NCBI GenBank assembly: GCA_023267195.1
Contig: JAHFNT010000004.1
Span: 64,603 to 128,602 of the forward strand
Direction of reading: 5' to 3'
Length of the DNA stretch: 64,000 nt
Origin: Candidatus Nomurabacteria bacterium
GTDB taxonomy: Bacteria > Patescibacteriota > Minisyncoccia > Phycocordibacterales > UBA9973
This document shows, piece by piece, positions 30,996 through 40,425 of the stretch. The notes beneath the pieces were generated by a model that did no database searches, was not told where the DNA came from, and was given only the letters and a program-made list of their open reading frames with translations. Every line of letters begins with the position of its first letter. The stretch's first letter is position 1. A program made the position numbers and the translations under genes.

Positions 30996-32291
30996 TTATT
31001 TTTTAAAAATTAATACATAATCTTTTGGAATAAAGCCTCCTCGACCAAATCTAGGTATTCGTAAATATCTATTTCTAATTATATAAGCAAATTCTAACTC
31101 TTTTGTATATCCTATTGTTTTTGCAATTTTTGAAATTATACTCGATGTATTTACATCAAACCCTCTTATTTTACTATTACCAACAACCATACAATAATGA
31201 CCTCCTTTTTGAAGACAGCTAAAAACGCTTTTTAGGTTTTCTTCCATTGCTCTAAAATACTCAAGGACAACCCAAGCTCTTTTTTTATCAATCAAATATA
31301 TATTATATAACACAGAATCAAGATCTTTGATTCCATATACAGGAATTTCTTTACCCACTTTTACTTTTTCTGAACCCACTTGGTGATTATAAAGCTCATC
31401 TAATTTTTTCTTATTAAAACCATCAAGCCAAAAATTTTCTAATTTCAACGACCTTACATAATCAAATGCATTTATATAGGGAGGCGATGTCATTGCTAGG
31501 TTAATCTTATTTAGATATAAAGACTTATCATCAATATTTCTCGCATCAAATCCAATTATTCTGGCTTCGGCTTTCGAAACTTTAGAAAATTGATCAATAG
31601 CACTTATATATTTCACTAAAGTTTTATAGAACTCATCAAAAACCACCATATGGTCCTTCTTTATTCTAGTTGATATGTAAGGTTTAGGTGATTGATTATC
31701 TGCCTTAGAGACTTTTCTTATAATTGATACTAAAACAATCTCTAAAAAGTTTTTTACTTTTTTATTTTTGTATTTAAAATAATTTGATTGAATTAAATAT
31801 CGAATAAGTGCTAAATCATTTATTGTAACTTCGGAAAACCAGTATTCAATAAGATCTCTTTCGGGAATACATTTTTCTATCTTATTTTTTAACTTGAGTG
31901 GATTTTTTATTGAATTTTTATAGTCAACAATGAATTGATCAATTATAAAAAGTTCTTTTTTTAACAATGGTGTCGTTTTAACACTACTTAAAAGCTTACT
32001 TAATGGATCAATATCCACACCATAACTTGGATATCCTAATAATACTGCTTCAACTAGTGTCGTTCCAGATCCCATAAAAGGGTCCAGTATTCCATATTTT
32101 TTTGTATTTTCTGATGCATAGTTTTCTATAAACCATCTAGGAATGTGAGGTATAAACTTACACGGATATTTAAAAATTCCATGGGTAAAATCTGATATAC
32201 CAACAGCTTTTATTAAAAATACATCCCCACTGTTTGGCTTAGATGGTATTTGTGTTACCTCTATAATTTTTTCTTGGTTATCTTTGCCCAT
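30996..32291 (-). CDS. DNA amino-methyltransferase, probably m4C
   Basis: DPFMGSGTT followed by TSPPY. Confidence 0.9.
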   Translation of the reverse strand: MGKDNQEKIIEVTQIPSKPNSGDVFLIKAVGISDFTHGIFKYPCKFIPHIPRWFIENYASENTKKYGILDPFMGSGTTLVEAVLLGYPSYGVDIDPLSKLLSSVKTTPLLKKELFIIDQFIVDYKNSIKNPLKLKNKIEKCIPERDLIEYWFSEVTINDLALIRYLIQSNYFKYKNKKVKNFLEIVLVSIIRKVSKADNQSPKPYISTRIKKDHMVVFDEFYKTLVKYISAIDQFSKVSKAEARIIGFDARNIDDKSLYLNKINLAMTSPPYINAFDYVRSLKLENFWLDGFNKKKLDELYNHQVGSEKVKVGKEIPVYGIKDLDSVLYNIYLIDKKRAWVVLEYFRAMEENLKSVFSCLQKGGHYCMVVGNSKIRGFDVNTSSIISKIAKTIGYTKELEFAYIIRNRYLRIPRFGRGGFIPKDYVLIFKK

Positions 32292-32292
32292 T

Positions 32293-33600
32293 TTATTTCT
32301 TCTCTAAATAGATAATACTTTCTCTTAAATATTTGCCGTATTTTTTGGTTTCTTCGTACTGCTGAGAACTAGTTATAATATTACGAGCAACATTTATAGA
32401 TGATACATTAAAACCAAGATGTTTAGCGAATTTCGCTAATAATAAGTCGGTTGGAACAACTATTCCACCATATGCAGAATTACTCACAATAATTACACAA
32501 AAACCTTTTTTCTTTAATGCTTGATATATTTCTGTAAGAGAATGAAACATATCATTAAAATAGGCTTCTACCATTTTTGGTATTCTTTTATCCCAAAGTT
32601 CTTTCTGGGAAAGTTCCGTTACAAGTGTTCCTAACTCTGGTACACTTTTTACTGCAATTTTTGATTCTATCTCATAACCATTCAAATGAGATCTGATGCC
32701 TCTTTTTCTTAGGATTTTTAAATCTGAATATTCTTTCACAAAAGATCCCATCCAGAGTTCTACTTTATATATTTCTGTATAATCAAAACAGTTAGCATAT
32801 GGTGGAGAAAATATAACTCCTTTTACTGAATTCTTCTTTGTGTATTTGTTTAAATTAAAACAGGTGTCTTCTATTACGGAAGTACTTACTTGATTGGATA
32901 TATTAATGGCAAATTCTAAATCCTCACCGATTTTTTTTAATGCGTTAAAAAATATTTTCTTTACATACTCCTTATCTCTAATTGTTTTCTTTATCGTCTT
33001 ACGAATTTTTAATCCGTTACCAGCTTTTCTATAGTTTGATGATTCTTCAAGAATTCCTAACCACGCTAACATTATTAAATCAGCAACCCTCTTATTTTTT
33101 ATTTGCTTAATTTCTTCTTTAATTGTTAAAAGATAAAATAACGCATCTTTTTTAAAAAGTTGTTCAATTGTTGAAAGTTTAGGAATATCAATATTTTGTT
33201 TTTTCTTTATATTGTGAAGCTCAGAAACATTTTCGTAAAAAGAAATCATGTCCTGTTTTTTGTAGTCTTGAGTCTTTACCTTTGCTAAAAATGCAGAAAA
33301 GGGATTTATCTCAAATCCGATACTATTACATTTATTTATTTTTGCTTGCAAAAGAGTACTTCCACTACCACAAAATGGATCGACGATTAAATCACCATCC
33401 TTAACATTGTATTTAGTAAGAATTTTGTCAACTAATTTAATTGAGTAGCCTTCTTTATATCTATACCATCTTTGTATGGGAAGGTTTAAGTCAGAGGCAT
33501 AATTAACAAGACTCTTGTATGTTGTAGAGTTTGTCTTCGGATAATCTACTTTAAATTCTTTTTCTAAAGTGACTAAAAATTTATCATTAAAATTCGGCAT
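32293..33600 (-). CDS. DNA amino-methyltransferase, probably m4C
   Basis: WYRYKEGYS, DPFCGSGST, FSPPY. Confidence 0.9.
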   Translation of the reverse strand: MPNFNDKFLVTLEKEFKVDYPKTNSTTYKSLVNYASDLNLPIQRWYRYKEGYSIKLVDKILTKYNVKDGDLIVDPFCGSGSTLLQAKINKCNSIGFEINPFSAFLAKVKTQDYKKQDMISFYENVSELHNIKKKQNIDIPKLSTIEQLFKKDALFYLLTIKEEIKQIKNKRVADLIMLAWLGILEESSNYRKAGNGLKIRKTIKKTIRDKEYVKKIFFNALKKIGEDLEFAINISNQVSTSVIEDTCFNLNKYTKKNSVKGVIFSPPYANCFDYTEIYKVELWMGSFVKEYSDLKILRKRGIRSHLNGYEIESKIAVKSVPELGTLVTELSQKELWDKRIPKMVEAYFNDMFHSLTEIYQALKKKGFCVIIVSNSAYGGIVVPTDLLLAKFAKHLGFNVSSINVARNIITSSQQYEETKKYGKYLRESIIYLEKK

Positions 33601-33714
33601 GTAAAGTACATTCATTTTAGCATTTATTTTACAAATTCTAAACATTATCTAATTTTTTACTACAAAATACGACTTTTGGGTTACTTTTTGGCCTTTTTAT
33701 GTGATAATTAGCTT

Positions 33715-35493
33715 ATGAAAATTCAGAGAGTCAAAATCCATAACTGGAGGTCAATAAAAAACATAGACATCTCTTTTGAGAATCTTATGGTTTTTATAGG
33801 CCAGAATAACCACGGGAAATCTAATATTCTTTCAGCCTTGCTCTTTTTCTTCGGTGTAAACAATTGCGTAGAGTTAGATTTTAACAAAGGAGAAGATCAG
33901 ATATTTATTGAGGTAACTTTTATTGATTTAGATGACCACGATAAGGCCCAATTTGCTAAGTATCTTACAAGTGAAAGTTCTATAACTGTAAGAAAACAAA
34001 TAAATAAGGGAGAGTCTTTTGAGTATCACGGTTACTGTCAGATTCCAGGAGAAGATTGGCTAAAAGAAGAGAATATTTCCAACTATGCAACCAGAGAAGC
34101 AATAAACAATACTCCACTAAGTTCACTGGTCCCTTCAACTGGACGGTTAACAAAAGAAATTATTAAGCAAGCGCAACAAGACTATATACAAAAAAATAAT
34201 AGCTCAATAAAATTTTCATATAACTTAGAAGCAACAAATTTTTTAGGATTAAAAAGTGTTGCCCAGGGTATTTTTGGGGAAGTATTTTTTGTTCCTGCAG
34301 TGAAAAATGCAGGTGAAGAGTTCAACATGAAAGGTAAATCTGTATTTAACCAGTTGCTGACAAATGTGATTAACGATATGTCAATCTCAAATCCAGAATA
34401 TATAGAAGTTAAAAAGAAAGTTAGAGAGCTAACACAAATACTTAATAAAAATATTGAAGATGGTTCTCTGAATAATAATAGACCAGAACAAATATCAAAA
34501 TTAGAGAAATTACTTGAGGCAGAATTAGCTAGTTGGAATACTACAATTGATATAGAAATAACTCCACCAGATGTAGATGAAGTATTAAGAGTTGGTACCA
34601 ATGTATGGTTAAATGATGGAGTTCCAACCGATGTAAATCGTAAGGGTAATGGATTACAGAGATCCTTAATCTTTGCACTCATAAAGGCTTGGGCAAAGAT
34701 ATCTCAAGAAGAAAGAAATAAACAAGAAGAACAAGAGGAAGGAGGTACTGCTCGCAAAGCCTCAAAATCAACATTTTTTATTTTTGAAGAACCAGAGTTA
34801 TATTTACATCCTCAGGCACAGCGAGAACTTTATTCTTCACTTAAAAAACTTTCAGAAAATGACAACCAAGTTCTAATTACTACACATTCAAGTTCTTTTA
34901 TTGATCTAGACTTATATAGATCCATTTGCATAGTTTATAAAAATGATATCAAGGAAGGGACCAAGCATTTACAATGTACATCAGATCTATTCAATTCAGT
35001 TGATGACAAGAAAAAGTTTAATATGACTTATTGGATTAATCCAGACAGAGGAGAATTATTTTTTGCTAAGAAGATAATATTAGTTGAAGGTCCCACTGAT
35101 AAGACTGTCGTACCATATTTAGCAAAAAAATTGGATGTGTTTCGCTATGATTACAGTGTCATAGATTGTGGAGGAAAAACCAACATTCAAATTTATATAC
35201 ATTTGTTAAATAATTTTAAATTAAAATATATTGCAGTATATGACAAAGATCATCAAAGTTATAAAACTCCTGATGCTATAGCTTCTGCAGACATAGCCTC
35301 AAAATCAATTGAAGACAATATAAATTCTTCTTACGGAGCATCTATAATTTTAGAAAATGACATAGAAGAAGAGATAGGTATTACTGATGAAAATAACAAA
35401 AATAAACCATATGTTGCCCTCGAACACATTTCAGACACTTCTTTTGTGTTAAGCTCAAGCCTAGAAGAAAAGATTAAAAAAATATTTTTGTAA
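33715..35493 (+). CDS. OLD-family ATP-dependent nuclease (ABC ATPase + TOPRIM)
   Basis: GQNNHGKS, KGNGLQR, FEEPELYLHP, TTHS, LVEGPTD, DCGGK, YDKD. Confidence 0.9.
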   Translation: MKIQRVKIHNWRSIKNIDISFENLMVFIGQNNHGKSNILSALLFFFGVNNCVELDFNKGEDQIFIEVTFIDLDDHDKAQFAKYLTSESSITVRKQINKGESFEYHGYCQIPGEDWLKEENISNYATREAINNTPLSSLVPSTGRLTKEIIKQAQQDYIQKNNSSIKFSYNLEATNFLGLKSVAQGIFGEVFFVPAVKNAGEEFNMKGKSVFNQLLTNVINDMSISNPEYIEVKKKVRELTQILNKNIEDGSLNNNRPEQISKLEKLLEAELASWNTTIDIEITPPDVDEVLRVGTNVWLNDGVPTDVNRKGNGLQRSLIFALIKAWAKISQEERNKQEEQEEGGTARKASKSTFFIFEEPELYLHPQAQRELYSSLKKLSENDNQVLITTHSSSFIDLDLYRSICIVYKNDIKEGTKHLQCTSDLFNSVDDKKKFNMTYWINPDRGELFFAKKIILVEGPTDKTVVPYLAKKLDVFRYDYSVIDCGGKTNIQIYIHLLNNFKLKYIAVYDKDHQSYKTPDAIASADIASKSIEDNINSSYGASIILENDIEEEIGITDENNKNKPYVALEHISDTSFVLSSSLEEKIKKIFL

Positions 35494-35500
35494 ATTGAGT

Positions 35501-35644
35501 ATGATATCTCTGCAAGAATTTAAGGATGCTCTGGGTGATGAGGCGACAAAACTTACTGAGGAAGAAATACTTAAGCTAAGAGACAATATGGATAAGATGG
35601 CTGACATCTTTTTTACTATGTGGCTGGAAGAAAGAAAGAAGTAA
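35501..35644 (+). CDS. Small helical protein, 47 aa, near attR (not in ORF track)
   Basis: MISLQEFKDALGDEATKLTEEEILKLRDNMDKMADIFFTMWLEERKK*; starts 7 nt after the OLD stop. Confidence 0.6.
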   Translation: MISLQEFKDALGDEATKLTEEEILKLRDNMDKMADIFFTMWLEERKK

Positions 35645-35857
35645 ATCAATAGTATTATTGATAATTTAGCGGAAAATCTGCTATTATGAGTTAGTCGAAT
35701 TTTATTATCAAATTAACATGCTTGCGTGTAGTTTTAGATGGTTATTTATGCTCGTTTTTGGCTAAAGAGGTAGGTCATCAAAAACGGGTAGATTTTCACT
35801 TTTTGGGTCCTAAAATCTGAGCAAATCGGATTTAACCCTTGATTTACAAGACTTAAT

Positions 35858-35914
35858 AAAAGGAGCCGTGTCAGAGCGGTCTAACGTACCTCTTTGCTAA
35901 AGAGGCAGGGGCTT
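35858..35914 (+). repeat. attR: 57-bp direct repeat
   Basis: Identical to 23067-23123. Confidence 0.92.
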
Positions 35915-35950
35915 TAAAACCCCTCGGCGGTTCGAATCCGCCCGGCTCCG
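35862..35950 (+). tRNA. tRNA-Ser(GCT), CCA not encoded
   Basis: GGAGCCG/CGGCTCC acceptor, CCTCT-TTGCTAA-AGAGG, long variable arm, GTTCGAATC. Confidence 0.95.
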
Positions 35951-35988
35951 CAAATAAGTTTTGTTATAATAACTTACATAAAACCAAA

Positions 35989-37008
35989 ATGGATAAAGGA
36001 CCAAAAATAAGAATAGTTGGTGGAACTTCCGAAGAGAAAAAAGCAGAAACACGACAAAGGATAAGGAGTAACCTTTTTAATCATCTTGCGTCCATGCCTG
36101 AAAACGAAAGAGGAGATTTTGAAAAATTTGAATATGCTAAATATCCAATAGAAATTGAAATGATTCATTTAGCCAACGAAGAAACTTCCCACCTAATGCA
36201 AGAAGCTGGAATGGAACCTTATGATGTGCCAGTGGAAAATATTCATATAATTCCTCCAGAGCTTTATGAAAAAATAACTGGAACCAAGAAAGCTGGAAGA
36301 ACTAATAGAGTTAAAGAAGTCATAATTCTAAATTCTGCATATTTAGATAGTCCCGTAGCTTTCTACTCCCATATTGTACATGAATTATTGCACCTGAAAG
36401 CTCACTTATCCATCGAAGTTCAAGAAACAGGGGGCGTTCATACAGATGAAACAGTGTATCGTAAAGGTGTAACGGTTTTAGCATCACAACATAGAGAAAG
36501 AAAAGTAGGGTTTCATAAATATCTTGAAGGACTACATGAAGCCATTGTAGCGGAAACAGAAAAAAGATTAGTACTAAAACTACTTGATCAATCTCCACTC
36601 AAGAAAGAAAAAGAGTGGCAATCTTCTGAAGAGGCGGTAAAATTAAAAAAGCAAATTGCAAAAGAAAGTGGTGTATCTGAAGAAGATATTATTTGGATTG
36701 ATGCAGAGGACAAAACCAAATTTGAGATAGGAAGTTATAACTCACAGAGGAAAGTACTAAACTTTGTTTGTACTGAGATATACAAAAAATTTGGAGAGCA
36801 ATTCAAAAGTGTAGATGATGTATATAAATTATTTTTAAATGTAAATTTCACTGGACAACTTTTGCCAATTGCTCGCCTTATCGAAAAAACTTTTGGAAAA
36901 GGAAGCTTTAGATTGTTGGGTAATATGGGCACAGACAAAGAAAGCGGGGTCTGGTGTTTGGAATTGCTAAAGGAGACACGTACACATCAGACAACAGCAA
37001 TGATCTAG
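35989..37008 (+). CDS. Hypothetical protein with zincin-like HExxH motif
   Basis: IVHELLH...LEGLHEAIV. Confidence 0.65.
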   Translation: MDKGPKIRIVGGTSEEKKAETRQRIRSNLFNHLASMPENERGDFEKFEYAKYPIEIEMIHLANEETSHLMQEAGMEPYDVPVENIHIIPPELYEKITGTKKAGRTNRVKEVIILNSAYLDSPVAFYSHIVHELLHLKAHLSIEVQETGGVHTDETVYRKGVTVLASQHRERKVGFHKYLEGLHEAIVAETEKRLVLKLLDQSPLKKEKEWQSSEEAVKLKKQIAKESGVSEEDIIWIDAEDKTKFEIGSYNSQRKVLNFVCTEIYKKFGEQFKSVDDVYKLFLNVNFTGQLLPIARLIEKTFGKGSFRLLGNMGTDKESGVWCLELLKETRTHQTTAMI

Positions 37009-37012
37009 AAAT

Positions 37013-37372
37013 CTATTTCGCTTTCCTTTTAAGATTCTTGATTGTCTTTTTAGATACTTTTTCTATTCCCTTCCATTCTCCTTTTAGTTTCTTCGCGAAT
37101 TTTTCTATATCTTTCTCGTGCAGTTTGTATTGCTTCACATAATTCTTGGACACAGCATCTACAGCTTTATGATAAAGAGGAGCGGTAATTTTTTCTGCTT
37201 TTTTTATTTCACTGGTTACTTCTTTCTTCATCTTGCCAAAGAGCGCTTCAGCTTTCTTCTGATGTGCTTTACTTTTTGGGCCAAGAAGATAATAAGCTCC
37301 GGCACTAACAGCGGCCAATCCCGCGGCTACTCCCATCATTTTACCCCCAGACATTTTTTTATTTTTAACCAT
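37013..37372 (-). CDS. Small basic membrane-anchored protein (YtxH-like)
   Basis: GVAAGLAAVSAGAYYLLGPK followed by Lys-rich helices. Confidence 0.65.
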   Translation of the reverse strand: MVKNKKMSGGKMMGVAAGLAAVSAGAYYLLGPKSKAHQKKAEALFGKMKKEVTSEIKKAEKITAPLYHKAVDAVSKNYVKQYKLHEKDIEKFAKKLKGEWKGIEKVSKKTIKNLKRKAK

Positions 37373-37393
37373 AAAATTATTTAATTAAAATTT

Positions 37394-37636
37394 TTAATCT
37401 TGTTTATTTTTTCTATTTTTGCGCGATAAAAAATGAAACAAAGTACTATCTCTTAATTCTCCAAGCAATTCTTTAGTGGTGTCGCCAACTCTATTTATGT
37501 TGTCTTCAATTTTATCGAGAATGTGCGAAAATACGCTTGTAATTCGAATAATATAAAATAAGGCAACGGCAACCAAAATCCATAAAAGCACGAACCCAAC
37601 CGAAGATATAACAAAAAAAACTTGTGATGCTTGCAT
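37394..37636 (-). CDS. Small membrane protein
   Basis: TM helix + coiled coil; TGnTACAAT 6 nt before ATG. Confidence 0.65.
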   Translation of the reverse strand: MQASQVFFVISSVGFVLLWILVAVALFYIIRITSVFSHILDKIEDNINRVGDTTKELLGELRDSTLFHFLSRKNRKNKQD

Positions 37637-37681
37637 GGTTGAATTGTAGCATAAAATGATCAAAAACCATATAATGCAAAT

Positions 37682-39844
37682 ATGGAGTTGCGTGAGAGTG
37701 TTGAATTAAAATTCCGACTGGATACCAACCAAAAAAAGGCTTTAAGTAGGCTCAGACTTTTCTCAATCGCGGATCTGCTTTTTCACTTCCCTGTTCGGTA
37801 CAGCGATATCAGCCAAGTAAAAAATATTACAGAACTTGTACCGGGAGACGTGGCCACCGTTTATGGCAAAGTTTCAAAATTAAAAACCAAAAAATCATTT
37901 CACACAAAAACCCCGATGGCTGAAGGTGAGATCGAAGATTTATCTGGAAAAATAAAAATCACTTGGTTCAATCAAGCCTATTTGGCCAAAATGCTGCATG
38001 AAGGCGAGAGTGTAAAATTAACCGGAAAAATAACCCAAGGCAAAAACGGACTATATCTAGCCAACCCAGAATTTGAAAAAATTCCTGGTATGCCGATAGA
38101 TACGCACGAGACCCTTTTCAATAAAACCAATATCTCCAATACCGGTTTTTCCTATCCTATTTACAACGAAACTCGTGGCATTACCTCAAAATGGTTTTAT
38201 CACGCAATAGAGAAAATTTTTAATGAAAAAACTCTAGATCTGATCGAGGATTATATCCCAGCCGAAATTTTAAAAAAATATCATTTGCCTACCTTAAAAA
38301 CAGCTCTTATTTGGATACACAAACCCAAAAATAAAAATGATGCGGAGTCAGCGCGTAAAAGATTCGCTTTTGAAGAAGTCTTTTGCATTCAACTCGAACG
38401 CCAGCATGACAAATTTGAATATCGTAAAAACAAATCTTTCCAGATCAAATCCAAAGAAATAGAAGTACAAGAATTTTTAGACAGATTTCCTTTTGAGGCC
38501 ACAAATTCACAAATCAAATCCATAGAAACAATCTTGGAAGATCTGGCGAAAAGCTTTCCAATGTCTCGTTTGTTAGAAGGTGATGTCGGATCTGGTAAAA
38601 CAGCGGTCGCAGCTACGGCGAGTTATGTCGCTGTCAAACAACGTCCTACTGGCCAAAATTTCGGCAACCTGCAAGTAGCCTATATGGCGCCGACAGAAAT
38701 CTTGGCCACACAACACTTCGAATCTTTTATTCAATATTTTAAGCACTTACCGATAAATATCGGCCTCATCACCGGTAGCGGTTGTCGAAAATTTCCTTCT
38801 AAAATAAATCCGGACGGTTGGACGACAATCTCTCGTGCCCAGCTTTTAAAATGGGTCGGGAACGGGGAAATTCCGATATTAATTGGCACTCACACACTCA
38901 TTCAAAAAACAGTTAAATTTAAAAACTTAGCTTTAGTCGTAATCGATGAACAGCATCGCTTCGGCACTGCGCAAAGAAGAAAACTTGTTCGTAAAGACGG
39001 CGTTGCCCCGCACTTACTTTCGATGACTGCTACACCCATCCCCCGCACCCTGGCACTCACTATCTATGGCGACTTAGATTTATCTCTTCTCACAGAGATG
39101 CCGGCCGGCCGAAAACAAATCATTACGGAAATCATTACACCCAATAAGCGTGCAGAAACTTATGAAGCAATTAGGAAAGAATTGAAGGCCGGCCGGCAAC
39201 TCTATGTCATTTGCCCTAGAATTTTTGAGCCTGATAAAGATAAAGAACTCGCGCTCAATGTAAAGTCCGCCACAGAAGAAGCTAAGCGTTTGAAAAAAGA
39301 AGTCTTCCAAGAATATGAGATCGGCGTATTGCATAGCCAGATGAGCAAAGAAAAAAAAGAAGCAGTGATGCAAGAATTCACCGAAGGTAAAATAAATATT
39401 CTTTGCGCGACGTCGGTCGTCGAAGTCGGAGTCAATGTTCCAAATGCTACTATCATTATTATTGAAGGAGCTGAAAGATTTGGACTCGCTCAATTACACC
39501 AACTTCGTGGACGGGTTATTCGTAGCACACATCAAGCGTATTGTTATATTTTTGCTGAAGCGAAAAGCGAAAAAACAATTTCTAGATTAAAAGCATTAAA
39601 AACTGCGAAAAATGGTTTTGAGTTAGCTGAGCTGGATCTCGCGCTCCGCGGCGCCGGAGAACTCGGAGGCACGAAGCAATGGGGCATCACCGACCTCGGC
39701 ATGGAAGCCATCAAGAATATTAAAATGGTCGAAGCCGCTCGCACCGAAGCCGTACGCCTCATAGAAGAAGATCCAGAACTTACAAAGTATCCTCTTCTAA
39801 AACAGAAGGTACACCAAAAAACTTCTGAGTTTCATTTTGAATAA
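37682..39844 (+). CDS. recG: ATP-dependent DNA helicase RecG
   Basis: GDVGSGKT, DEQHRFG, MTATPIPRTL, QLHQLRGRV. Confidence 0.97.
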   Translation: MELRESVELKFRLDTNQKKALSRLRLFSIADLLFHFPVRYSDISQVKNITELVPGDVATVYGKVSKLKTKKSFHTKTPMAEGEIEDLSGKIKITWFNQAYLAKMLHEGESVKLTGKITQGKNGLYLANPEFEKIPGMPIDTHETLFNKTNISNTGFSYPIYNETRGITSKWFYHAIEKIFNEKTLDLIEDYIPAEILKKYHLPTLKTALIWIHKPKNKNDAESARKRFAFEEVFCIQLERQHDKFEYRKNKSFQIKSKEIEVQEFLDRFPFEATNSQIKSIETILEDLAKSFPMSRLLEGDVGSGKTAVAATASYVAVKQRPTGQNFGNLQVAYMAPTEILATQHFESFIQYFKHLPINIGLITGSGCRKFPSKINPDGWTTISRAQLLKWVGNGEIPILIGTHTLIQKTVKFKNLALVVIDEQHRFGTAQRRKLVRKDGVAPHLLSMTATPIPRTLALTIYGDLDLSLLTEMPAGRKQIITEIITPNKRAETYEAIRKELKAGRQLYVICPRIFEPDKDKELALNVKSATEEAKRLKKEVFQEYEIGVLHSQMSKEKKEAVMQEFTEGKINILCATSVVEVGVNVPNATIIIIEGAERFGLAQLHQLRGRVIRSTHQAYCYIFAEAKSEKTISRLKALKTAKNGFELAELDLALRGAGELGGTKQWGITDLGMEAIKNIKMVEAARTEAVRLIEEDPELTKYPLLKQKVHQKTSEFHFE

Positions 39845-39846
39845 AA

Positions 39847-40404
39847 TTATTTATAATCCGGTTTGATTTCTTCCACGCCTTCAAGATAGCTAGAAATTCT
39901 AGCAAGTGCATAAAGCAAACTAGAAAGTCTGTTTAAATATTGTGAAGTCTCAGTAGAAATGGTCATCTTCCCTTCTTCTTTCACCGCGACGACCCGCCTT
40001 TCCGCTCGTCTAGCAAGGGTACGCGCAAAATCAAACATACCACCGAGTTCAGTCGCCCCGCTAATAAAGAAATTTTTGATGGGTGGCAACATTTTTTCAA
40101 TTTCATCGATCAGATATTCAACTTTGGCTATTTTTTCCGGAGCAATACTCATCGCCGAGCCAGCGACTTCCGCTTGCACAATAAATAAATTCTGTTGCAC
40201 AGCTAAAAGAACTTCTTCGTATTTTATTTCTTGATTTCCGATTTTAAAAGAAAGACCAGCAGTTTTAGCACGCACCAAACCCAAAAAAGAATTCGTCTCA
40301 TCAAGAGACCCTAACGCTTCCGCTACGATCGAGCTTTTAGAAATACGTTGATCACAGCCAAAAGTTTTGGTCGTGCCACCGTCCCCTTTTCTAGTGTAAA
40401 GCAT
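39847..40404 (-). CDS. pduO: ATP:cob(I)alamin adenosyltransferase, PduO type
   Basis: YTRKGDGGTT, GSLDETNSFLG, ARRAERR, YLNRLSS. Confidence 0.92.
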   Translation of the reverse strand: MLYTRKGDGGTTKTFGCDQRISKSSIVAEALGSLDETNSFLGLVRAKTAGLSFKIGNQEIKYEEVLLAVQQNLFIVQAEVAGSAMSIAPEKIAKVEYLIDEIEKMLPPIKNFFISGATELGGMFDFARTLARRAERRVVAVKEEGKMTISTETSQYLNRLSSLLYALARISSYLEGVEEIKPDYK

Positions 40405-40425
40405 GGTTATATTCTAGTCTTGTTT

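Larger units (their letters stand above)
23067..35914. mobile_element. Integrative element (~12.8 kb) inserted in tRNA-Ser(GCT)
   Basis: 57-bp direct repeats at both ends, integrase next to attL, helicase, defence cargo. Confidence 0.9.

Noticed and set aside
33715-35493. Gabija or retron system
   Set aside because: No UvrD-like GajB and no reverse transcriptase adjacent.
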